IMG/VR virus record: IMGVR_UViG_3300035228_000644 | Coordinates: 1-62,018 of that record | From: a virus | Lineage: Duplodnaviria; Caudoviricetes | Strand: one strand, 5' to 3' | Length of the DNA: 62,018 nucleotides | Translations under genes and position numbers: made by a program | The notes under the pieces: model-generated | Databases searched by the model: none | What the model was told of the DNA's origin: nothing | Seen by the model: the letters and a program-made list of their open reading frames with translations, nothing else | In this document: positions 28,356-35,821 of the stretch, piece by piece | Layout: the number at the start of each line of letters is the position of its first letter | How positions within the stretch are numbered: position 1 is the first letter of the stretch

Positions 28356-28491
28356 TTTTTAATTCTGCAAATGCCATTCTTAATATGTATATGACATAAC
28401 CTAGTGCCAATCCAACGGCAATGATTACCAAGATAATCACTGACCATACAGGATCACCTGGAATATCTAATGGTCTTAATAATAAATTCAT
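28282..28491 (-). CDS. hypothetical single-TM protein
   Basis: DPVWSVIILVIIAVGLALGYVIYILR hydrophobic segment. Confidence 0.65.
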   Translation of the reverse strand: MNLLLRPLDIPGDPVWSVIILVIIAVGLALGYVIYILRMAFAELKNGSNDTTKQEKLLQLQGSGDQSCP

Positions 28492-28640
28492 TTCTTAAAA
28501 GGTTCCCAATGTTGCCAACCATGTTTGTGAACTGCCCACATTCCTATGATAGGAACAAAGACAAGACACCATGCCATGATTCCTAACCCATATGGATTGT
28601 TTAATACAACACCGCAAAATCTAGCAAACTGTAATATCAT
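28488..28640 (-). CDS. small membrane protein (50 aa)
   Basis: MILQFARFCGVVLNNPYGLGIMAWCLVFVPIIGMWAVHKHGWQHWEPFKK; ATGA-coupled. Confidence 0.7.
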   Translation of the reverse strand: MILQFARFCGVVLNNPYGLGIMAWCLVFVPIIGMWAVHKHGWQHWEPFKK

Positions 28641-28729
28641 AATGGATAAGCGTTTAGTAAACTCCAGGATACAAAACCTAAGATTGTACCGAATATAATT
28701 GTTGCTGATAGACTAGTTTCTGGTTTCAT
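28637..28729 (-). CDS. putative micro membrane protein (30 aa)
   Basis: MKPETSLSATIIFGTILGFVSWSLLNAYPL; ATGA-coupled to the next gene. Confidence 0.5.
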   Translation of the reverse strand: MKPETSLSATIIFGTILGFVSWSLLNAYPL

Positions 28730-28925
28730 TGTTTTTCTTCCAAAGTTCTAGAAAGTAACGATCAACTTTATACAAATCACCAGCTGGTGGTTGATCTTCA
28801 ATCTGAGACCATTCTTTACAAAGATCTCTCATTTCACTTGTTAATCTGTTTGGCGTAAACATTCTAGCAAATGATGACATGGCAAACGCATGTCTCATCT
28901 TAATGCGCTGTTCCATTTCCGTCAA
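28713..28925 (-). CDS. hypothetical protein
   Basis: 70-aa ORF in a tightly overlapping gene chain. Confidence 0.7.
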   Translation of the reverse strand: MTEMEQRIKMRHAFAMSSFARMFTPNRLTSEMRDLCKEWSQIEDQPPAGDLYKVDRYFLELWKKNNETRN

Positions 28926-29103
28926 TTTTACCCTCGTATATTTTAATCAACTTCATTGCTTGTTTTCTATCACACCCACAAGGTGCATTTTTCACACAAC
29001 GAAGAATAAATTCATCATCGCTGATAGTAGGTTTAATAGTAAACCCCCACTTATCAACTTCACCTTCAATGGGTGCTTCACATGGATCAAATTCGTGTGG
29101 CAT
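28900..29103 (-). CDS. hypothetical protein
   Basis: 67-aa ORF, DKWGFTIKP...NAPCGCDRKQ. Confidence 0.7.
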   Translation of the reverse strand: MPHEFDPCEAPIEGEVDKWGFTIKPTISDDEFILRCVKNAPCGCDRKQAMKLIKIYEGKIDGNGTAH

Positions 29104-29573
29104 TAGATAGTATTACCTGGAGATAGAGATTGGAAAATTTTAGAACAAACATCAATAGCAGATCTTGACCCATATACACCAGAGAAGATATAAGATATAC
29201 CTAACTTAGAGCAATACTTTTCAAGTTCCTGACATTTTTTTATGTCACTGGTACTATGATCAATAATAATATCACCATCCTCAAGTAAAGGTAGTAACTC
29301 ATCAAGTGTGTCTTCTGCCTTTTGCTCTGGGAGTGTGATCTGAAAGATACCAGGAACTTTACCAGCACTAGTATATCTAAGACTATCAGATTTAACTGCC
29401 TGAACAAGATACTCTAGTGAAGTTACACACCCACTAATATATCCTGCTTCATATTGTCCACAGGCACTCTCGTAACTGCTACTACTATAACCCCAAACTT
29501 CTATACCTGCTTTCAGCATAAGACGAGACATTCCCTCACCCCTACGCCCCAAACCAATCATTCCAACTTTCAT
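29103..29573 (-). CDS. gnd: truncated, divergent 6-phosphogluconate dehydrogenase-like protein (Rossmann domain only)
   Basis: MKVGMIGLGRRGEGMS, PGIFQITLP, LLPLLEDGDIIIDH; ends at 156 aa with no catalytic helical domain. Confidence 0.75.
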   Translation of the reverse strand: MKVGMIGLGRRGEGMSRLMLKAGIEVWGYSSSSYESACGQYEAGYISGCVTSLEYLVQAVKSDSLRYTSAGKVPGIFQITLPEQKAEDTLDELLPLLEDGDIIIDHSTSDIKKCQELEKYCSKLGISYIFSGVYGSRSAIDVCSKIFQSLSPGNTI

Positions 29574-29580
29574 AATTCTC

Positions 29581-29763
29581 CTATAAACTAATTTTTAACC
29601 AAGGTAATAGTGGAGGGATCACTCCGATAAGTCGAAGTAGACCCTCAGCAAAAAGTGAGAGAACAACCCAACCAACACACATAGAGATAATTCCAGCATT
29701 ACGATTGTGTTTTCGTATGGCATCATCAATCATCTCCTGGCATTCTTCTTTAGTTAAAGACAT
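29581..29763 (-). CDS. small membrane protein
   Basis: EECQEMIDDAIRKHNRNA followed by a hydrophobic segment. Confidence 0.75.
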   Translation of the reverse strand: MSLTKEECQEMIDDAIRKHNRNAGIISMCVGWVVLSLFAEGLLRLIGVIPPLLPWLKISL

Positions 29764-30090
29764 TTACTCCACATGAACTACACCTGTCATACCTGCGCTC
29801 TGATGAGGACCACAAAAGAAATTATAGTCCCCTTTGTCGGCAAATACCACATCTTGTGTTTCTCCAGGAGCAAATAGTAATGCTTCTCTAGAAAGATCTG
29901 GACGTGCTTCCACAATAATATTATGAGGAGGTAGTGATTCATTCATAAAATGAACTGTGTCACCTGCAGAGATTGTAATCTCATTCGGTTCAAATACTAG
30001 GTTGCCATTAGCACCCATTGTGACATCTACTGCCCATGCAGGAATCGCAAGTACTAATGTAATAACAAAGACAAAAATAAATCGCATCAA
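29764..30090 (-). CDS. petE: plastocyanin (auxiliary metabolic gene)
   Basis: Signal peptide ending AWA; LVFEP, PPHNI, YNFFCGPHQSAGM with all four type-1 Cu ligands. Confidence 0.95.
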   Translation of the reverse strand: MMRFIFVFVITLVLAIPAWAVDVTMGANGNLVFEPNEITISAGDTVHFMNESLPPHNIIVEARPDLSREALLFAPGETQDVVFADKGDYNFFCGPHQSAGMTGVVHVE

Positions 30091-30145
30091 TTTTTAAGCA
30101 ACTGAAACTATTTACTCAATGACAAAAAACTATAAATTTTTCATG

Positions 30146-30451
30146 TTAGGGATTCATCATGTTATTGAGTTCATCCAAAGAATCTCTTTTTGATTTCAAT
30201 GCACCATCAATATATCCCCTTCTATATGCCCATGTTTGTCCACCAGTTTCCCCTCTCTTGGGATTGATGCACTTTGTGTAGTCTGGATCTTCTTTACTAA
30301 GACTATTGCAAACTAAACCAGCAAGGTCCATTTCATTACCTTTGTTTCCAGTACCAGTCCACATATGCTGTCCGTTAAGCCAAACAGCACCACACTTAGC
30401 ACACTCCTTCCTTTCCATAGAAAAGGATGATACTTCTTTTGGATCAGTCAT
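30146..30451 (-). CDS. hypothetical protein with CxxC and further Cys
   Basis: RKECAKCGAVWLNGQHMWTG...LAGLVCN...KCINP. Confidence 0.75.
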   Translation of the reverse strand: MTDPKEVSSFSMERKECAKCGAVWLNGQHMWTGTGNKGNEMDLAGLVCNSLSKEDPDYTKCINPKRGETGGQTWAYRRGYIDGALKSKRDSLDELNNMMNP

Positions 30452-30483
30452 AAAATGCAGTATCCCACTATAACGATTTTAAT

Positions 30484-30516
30484 TATTTATTGTACCATAT
30501 TGATACAAGTTATCAA
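30484..30516 (-). promoter_or_regulatory. overlapping sigma70-like promoter (TTGATA-N16-TACAAT) and late promoter (ATAAATA)
   Basis: Upstream of the petE-containing gene chain; includes the palindrome TTGTATCA-ATA-TGGTACAA. Confidence 0.55.
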
Positions 30517-30520
30517 TCTG

Positions 30521-32071
30521 TTAGCAGTTCCAAGCTCTCAATGACTTGGACAGACGATCATCTCCAGTATTATTAGATGCTTTCTGCCTCTTTCTCATAC
30601 CTTTCATTCTAGCGCAGAAGGATGCCCTGCGGGGGTTTCCAACTTTCTTGCTTGGTGCTTTGAGGTCAGATCCTGGATTTGCCTTTTCATAAGACTTTCG
30701 TCCTTTTTCGTTAAGTCCCCCTTCGGAGTTTTTTCCTGATTTTTTTGTCCAGGCTGCTCCTTCATTTGTTACACCTTCTGGAACGCAATTTGGTACTAGT
30801 TTGTCACCTTTCTTTTTCATACCAACTTTTTTATATCCCTGCCAACACTTCTCTTGAACATGTTGGAATGCCATTCCTTCAGACTTATTACCATAACTAG
30901 CAGCACCCTTCTTACGGCACTGGACTAATCTACCACTAGCATATGCAGAAGGCCAAACCTTTGCACTTGCTTTTACTTTCTTATAGCAAGCATCTTTCTC
31001 GCCTGCTTTCTCGTTAACAAACTCTTCACCAACGCCAACATTAGTTACTCTCTCTTTCTTCTTGGCATCTCCCTTTTTGAGATATGAATCGAGTTGCTTT
31101 TGTTTGATTGCACGGATCATAGAAGAACGCTTACTAAGATATGCAGGTTTCTCACCTTGGGTTTTTCTGATTGCCTTGATAGCAACATCACCCATACCTT
31201 CTGTTTGGATTTCTTCTTTTCTAAGACCCAATCTACCCAACAAAGATTTTTTCTTAGGTTTGATATTGGCACCCATCTTGTTCAATCTGCTAGTAGCAGT
31301 GCCCGACTTTGCTGCCTTCTGACGCTTGGAATAGTCCATATAGGACTCACCTGGTTTCAGTTTCTTAGGGTCTGCCTTAGGTTTTGCTGCATCAGCACGA
31401 TCTTCACGAGCACGAGCATTAGCACCAGGACCACCTAGCTTACGATCTTTCTCAGGATCTGGATGCCACGTATCAGCACGCTCACTAACAACTGCTTCTT
31501 TCTTCATCTTATTAAGATGTTTTTTGATACGTTCGGACTGACCTTTATGCATCTTAGATGCACCATCAAGTTCTTTGGACATTGTTTTAAGGTCGAGATC
31601 TTCTGTCTTCACGTTTTTTGCCTTCCCTTTACGATCTGGATTTGGATCTTTAGCATTCTTACGACGAAATGCTGCTTCCTCTTCGCCTTTATTTAGGTTT
31701 CTTTTCATCTTACTAGACCCACACTTGGGTTTAGTTGTTTGACCAGGTTGCTTTGCACAAGGTTTTCCTGCATATTTACCACCAAGTTGTACCCAACCAG
31801 GTGTTCCATCAGATGATTTACTCTTACCAAACCAGTCACGAAGAGAATTATCTCCAGACTTGTTTGCTTCTCCAAATACATCTTTGTATGTTGGTGGCAT
31901 TTTAGACATCTCTCCCATAGCCATTTTGTTTGCAGTCTTATGCATCACCTCTTTGGAACGACTTCCATAGAGTTTATTCCACCTATTCTTACCTTTCATC
32001 ATACCCCTAATGTATTTCTTAGCGGTGCCATTAAGGGCAGGTGGAACATCTGATGCAAAACCTTGTGCCAT
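30521..32071 (-). CDS. Lys/Arg-rich modular protein, putative internal head polyprotein
   Basis: Basic modules separated by short Glu-ending linkers; four Cys pairs; in a late operon after gp16. Confidence 0.8.
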   Translation of the reverse strand: MAQGFASDVPPALNGTAKKYIRGMMKGKNRWNKLYGSRSKEVMHKTANKMAMGEMSKMPPTYKDVFGEANKSGDNSLRDWFGKSKSSDGTPGWVQLGGKYAGKPCAKQPGQTTKPKCGSSKMKRNLNKGEEEAAFRRKNAKDPNPDRKGKAKNVKTEDLDLKTMSKELDGASKMHKGQSERIKKHLNKMKKEAVVSERADTWHPDPEKDRKLGGPGANARAREDRADAAKPKADPKKLKPGESYMDYSKRQKAAKSGTATSRLNKMGANIKPKKKSLLGRLGLRKEEIQTEGMGDVAIKAIRKTQGEKPAYLSKRSSMIRAIKQKQLDSYLKKGDAKKKERVTNVGVGEEFVNEKAGEKDACYKKVKASAKVWPSAYASGRLVQCRKKGAASYGNKSEGMAFQHVQEKCWQGYKKVGMKKKGDKLVPNCVPEGVTNEGAAWTKKSGKNSEGGLNEKGRKSYEKANPGSDLKAPSKKVGNPRRASFCARMKGMRKRQKASNNTGDDRLSKSLRAWNC

Positions 32072-32072
32072 A

Positions 32073-32609
32073 TCAACCGCCTACAACTTGAACTTCTTCA
32101 ACAACAATTGCATTGCCAGTTGCAGCAATACTTACACAACGCTTGACGATTGCCTGAGGACCACTGTAAGCATAAGTATAATCTGCAGATGCAGCAGAAG
32201 AATCAATATCGGTGCTAATAAAGTTTGGACGTACAGCAGTGACTTTCTTACCCGCTGTTCCTGCAGACAGGAAAGCAGCATTGATTCCAGGAGATGTACT
32301 ATCATCTTCTACTGCAATGAAGTCGTCTACTGAGAATGGGTGAGTATTAACAGTTTCTCCAAGATTAGTTCCGAGTTGATAATCTGCAGTAGAATCATCG
32401 ACACCCTTTACAATTCTTGCTTGTCCAGGTTTGCCACCCTTTAGCAGAAGTGCTTGATCTTGAATCAGGGTGATTGCAGGACCACCATTGAATGCAACTG
32501 TAGCATCACCTGCCGTTGCAACTACGCGATAATATCCAGTCTGTACAACTTGATATTCTGTAGCATCAGCAGCGATTGCATTCGTGCTTAAAACATTTAA
32601 TACTGTCAT
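32073..32609 (-). CDS. putative virion structural protein
   Basis: 178-aa Ala/Val/Thr-rich protein directly behind a late promoter. Confidence 0.65.
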   Translation of the reverse strand: MTVLNVLSTNAIAADATEYQVVQTGYYRVVATAGDATVAFNGGPAITLIQDQALLLKGGKPGQARIVKGVDDSTADYQLGTNLGETVNTHPFSVDDFIAVEDDSTSPGINAAFLSAGTAGKKVTAVRPNFISTDIDSSAASADYTYAYSGPQAIVKRCVSIAATGNAIVVEEVQVVGG

Positions 32610-32615
32610 GTCGTG

Positions 32616-33047
32616 TTAGTTCGTGTCGGTATTATTTATCTCCTTTTGTTTCTTTAGCATTTTTTGGAGGTCCGCAGTACTGCCAATAAACATCGTGTTA
32701 TTAACAGTAGACGGTCCCGACTTTTTATCCTCGGCATCTAAATCCTTCATTTTCTTTTGTAAGTCGATCAACTTATCAGCAGTATCTGCTACGCTTTTAA
32801 TTGTTGTCGCAGCAACTTCGTAAGCACGAGGATGATCTGACGCTCGTGCCACATCAAGTATGCCATCTACTGCCTCCTGTCCTTTCATTACTAACATATG
32901 CAATGCAGCACGAGTAGTCTCGTAATCCTGCCTCACATCAGGAGCATCAGTTTTCTTTAATTCTGGTTTTACTTTTTCAACATGCTTCTGGAGATCAGAA
33001 GGTTCTGCTCCAAAAGCATCATTAAGACCTTCAAATGGATTTGCCAT
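32616..33047 (-). CDS. gp16: terminase small subunit gp16
   Basis: DYETTR..L, HPRAYEV, NNTMFIGSTADLQKMLK. Confidence 0.93.
   Translation of the reverse strand: MANPFEGLNDAFGAEPSDLQKHVEKVKPELKKTDAPDVRQDYETTRAALHMLVMKGQEAVDGILDVARASDHPRAYEVAATTIKSVADTADKLIDLQKKMKDLDAEDKKSGPSTVNNTMFIGSTADLQKMLKKQKEINNTDTN
32633..32639 (-). promoter_or_regulatory. late promoter (ATAAATA)
   Basis: Within the 3' end of gp16, 24 nt upstream of the ATG at 32609. Confidence 0.6.
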
Positions 33048-33049
33048 AG

Positions 33050-33835
33050 TTAAATTGCCTCATCAGCACCACTAATAGGATTACGTTTCTTATTATCTGT
33101 AAAGTCCTCATCAACAACACCAAATCCAAAATCATCATCAGCATCTGCTGAGAGAGGATTTGGTTGAATGGTATAACGTACTTCTCTGGGTGCAGAAGAA
33201 GTATTTGTATCTGTGTACATATCGGTGATGACCTTTTTGATGGTCTTGCTTTCTGTAACAGGACCGTATAGATATGTTTTTACAGTAAACTGTAGGGTAT
33301 AAATGATTGCTCTACGAGTAGCAAAATCTCCCTCATAAGTATCTTCATAATCAACACCTGTTAAAATAACAGGAACATCCTTAGTTTCATCAACTTCCGA
33401 AAGCAACTTAACTGCTAGATTGAAATGTGGTTGAAAAACTGGTAAAATTTGCTCAAGAATCTGAAGACCATCTTCTTGATTCTTAGAAATAATTGCTAAT
33501 TCAAATGAAAGATTATAGGGAACTGGCATGAAAACACTCTTGTTCTCATCAGTATCTTTAGCAAATTTAATTTTTTGGGTTGGTGATACCTTTCTAGAGG
33601 AATCGTAAGTGATACCATTAATTTCAAACGAAATTCTAGGAAGAGTAATCTGAGTTCTTTTGTTTGTAGGGTCAGGATTTTGATCGAGACGTGCTAAAAA
33701 CTTTTGTTTTGGACCATATGCCAAAGGAACTTTCATCACTTCAGTAGAGCGACGAAGTTCAATATTATTAAACATCGTGCCAAACGCCACGATAGTCTTT
33801 CTAAAAATTTCGTGATATGAATATGTGCCTAACAT
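33050..33835 (-). CDS. gp15: tail sheath stabiliser / terminator gp15
   Basis: AFGTMFNNI, KVPLAYGPKQKFLARL, LPRISFE, PVPYNL, QILEQILP.FQP. Confidence 0.95.
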   Translation of the reverse strand: MLGTYSYHEIFRKTIVAFGTMFNNIELRRSTEVMKVPLAYGPKQKFLARLDQNPDPTNKRTQITLPRISFEINGITYDSSRKVSPTQKIKFAKDTDENKSVFMPVPYNLSFELAIISKNQEDGLQILEQILPVFQPHFNLAVKLLSEVDETKDVPVILTGVDYEDTYEGDFATRRAIIYTLQFTVKTYLYGPVTESKTIKKVITDMYTDTNTSSAPREVRYTIQPNPLSADADDDFGFGVVDEDFTDNKKRNPISGADEAI

Positions 33836-35007
33836 CAGATTGTAGTATCAGTAATGGACCCAACAGAACCAAAGGGATTGCCTTCAGTGAAATCTATAAT
33901 ATCGTCATCAGCAGTTTCAAAACTATAGTTCTGGTCAATGCTATCAGCGGTATTAGTATTATTTAGAGTGTTATAGGATTCAGGACTCCAGAGAGCACCT
34001 GATGTCAATCCCTTAACTGTTTCTGAAGTATTGAAGGTTCCAGTTCTATTGATGACTTGGAGTTCTCTTGTCCCACTATTCCAGGACTTGACTTCTGCTC
34101 TAGAGTCTTTTGGAGAGTAGTCAATTGTAACAGATGGGGCACTAGTGTAACCAGTACCACCACTTGAAACAGTGATACCGCTAACAATCCCTGTAGCTGA
34201 AATCGTCGCCGTCCCTGTTGCTCCACTTCCACCACCTCCTGTAATAGTAACTGTAGGTGGCAATGCTGATTTATAATGCTCACCACCATCAGTGATTGTA
34301 AAGGAACTTACTGCGTTCCCAGTAATTGCTGCAGTTGCTGTTGCAAGATATAAATCTCCAACAATCTCCTCACCAACTGTGAAGTCGCCAGAACCGCCAG
34401 CATCCATTACTAGTTTGATAGAATTGGCGAAGGCAGTTTCGATAGCGTCAATTGCTGCAACACCAGTATCAAGTTTTTCGTCGCTGTACTCAAAGAGTTC
34501 ACACTGGCATTCCCAGACATAACCTTTACCCAATTGATAAAATGGTTTTTCTGCTTCTACAAACTTAATCTCAAATAAATGTTTTGTTGTTGGAAACCAA
34601 ATAAGATCTCCTTCATTAGGACGACCCTCTACATTTAAGACGGCGTTATCATCCACCTTCTCAGTAAATTTAGTTCTCGAAAATATAAACGTAGTCTTAT
34701 CTTCAATACGGACACCAAACTTACTCAGAAGTTCTCCCTGACCTTCCCATCCTTCCACATTGTTGACATATGCCCTAACAGAAAGTGCTTGTGTAAAGTT
34801 ACTACTTTCTACTTCTTGAAAGATTGTATCTTTATTGACATATGTTCTGGGTAGATAATAAATGTCTTGTCCATATAGTTCAATACTCTCATTAATGAGA
34901 TTACCCATAAACATTTGTTCCTGGGAAGAACCATTTAAATTTAGTCGGCAACTACTTGTATAGTCTGACTGAATACAATTTTCTGGGGGATCGTTTCTAT
35001 AAGTCAT
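33835..35007 (-). CDS. gp14: neck protein gp14 with inserted Gly/Thr-rich beta-repeat modules
   Basis: YGQDIYYLPR, LLSKFG, RPNEGDLIWFP, FYQLGK, CELFEYS, IIDFTEGNPFG. Confidence 0.93.
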   Translation of the reverse strand: MTYRNDPPENCIQSDYTSSCRLNLNGSSQEQMFMGNLINESIELYGQDIYYLPRTYVNKDTIFQEVESSNFTQALSVRAYVNNVEGWEGQGELLSKFGVRIEDKTTFIFSRTKFTEKVDDNAVLNVEGRPNEGDLIWFPTTKHLFEIKFVEAEKPFYQLGKGYVWECQCELFEYSDEKLDTGVAAIDAIETAFANSIKLVMDAGGSGDFTVGEEIVGDLYLATATAAITGNAVSSFTITDGGEHYKSALPPTVTITGGGGSGATGTATISATGIVSGITVSSGGTGYTSAPSVTIDYSPKDSRAEVKSWNSGTRELQVINRTGTFNTSETVKGLTSGALWSPESYNTLNNTNTADSIDQNYSFETADDDIIDFTEGNPFGSVGSITDTTI

Positions 35008-35008
35008 T

Positions 35009-35815
35009 TTAACCGATTAAATCCATAGGGGGAATTTCGTATGTACTACGAATATCTGTCTCAAGATCTTTCTTAAATTGACTTGCGTCTTCAAGAATTT
35101 GACGACCATTTAGAGTCACACCACCAAGCATTTGAATACCATCATACTTACTGAGGTTGCGACCCCATTGCTGTTGGAACAGTGATTCAACATAATCTTT
35201 CAACCATGCATCGTTAAACATACCAGTATAGGTAGTGGGATCTTGACGCATCAAAACTTCTACAACAATCTGGTCACCAGTCTGTAGGTCGCCCCAACCC
35301 ATATCTAAATAAAGTCTTCCTTGATGCTCATTAAATCTAACTCTACGATTCTTTTGAGAATTGGTGACCCAATCCAAAGTCTCCATATATTGAGATGTCA
35401 TATAGTAATGTAAAATTTGCCCATGAGTCATGGAGTAAATGTCGTTCAAAAAGATTTGGTACTTAATATTGAACATGTTACCAGGAGCAATACTAGAAGC
35501 GCCGACAGATGAATATACATGATTGACACCTAGTACACCAGGAGGAAGAGAAACAAACTCTTGCCCCTCATACCATGCGGTTGATCCTATTTGGGATGTT
35601 GCTTGAGCAGCAGTTTTAATAGCATCAGTGACTTCAATTTTAACAAATGCAGTATAACTTCCATTAAAATGAAACTCTTGATAGTAATCAATTGCTTCTT
35701 CAATCAGGTCATCTAGTTGCTCATCACACACGTTAATGTCGATAGCAGGAAAACCTAATCTACGAAGAGCGTAGTTTTTTAACTCAGTTTTAGTAGCGGG
35801 TCTTGTGGCGGACAT
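35009..35815 (-). CDS. gp13: neck protein gp13
   Basis: LKNYALRRLGFPAIDINV, QWGRNLSKYDGIQMLGGVTLNG. Confidence 0.95.
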   Translation of the reverse strand: MSATRPATKTELKNYALRRLGFPAIDINVCDEQLDDLIEEAIDYYQEFHFNGSYTAFVKIEVTDAIKTAAQATSQIGSTAWYEGQEFVSLPPGVLGVNHVYSSVGASSIAPGNMFNIKYQIFLNDIYSMTHGQILHYYMTSQYMETLDWVTNSQKNRRVRFNEHQGRLYLDMGWGDLQTGDQIVVEVLMRQDPTTYTGMFNDAWLKDYVESLFQQQWGRNLSKYDGIQMLGGVTLNGRQILEDASQFKKDLETDIRSTYEIPPMDLIG

Positions 35816-35821
35816 TTGTTA

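Noticed and set aside
30490-30508. NtcA binding site
   Set aside because: Spacing is GTA-N9-TAC, not N8
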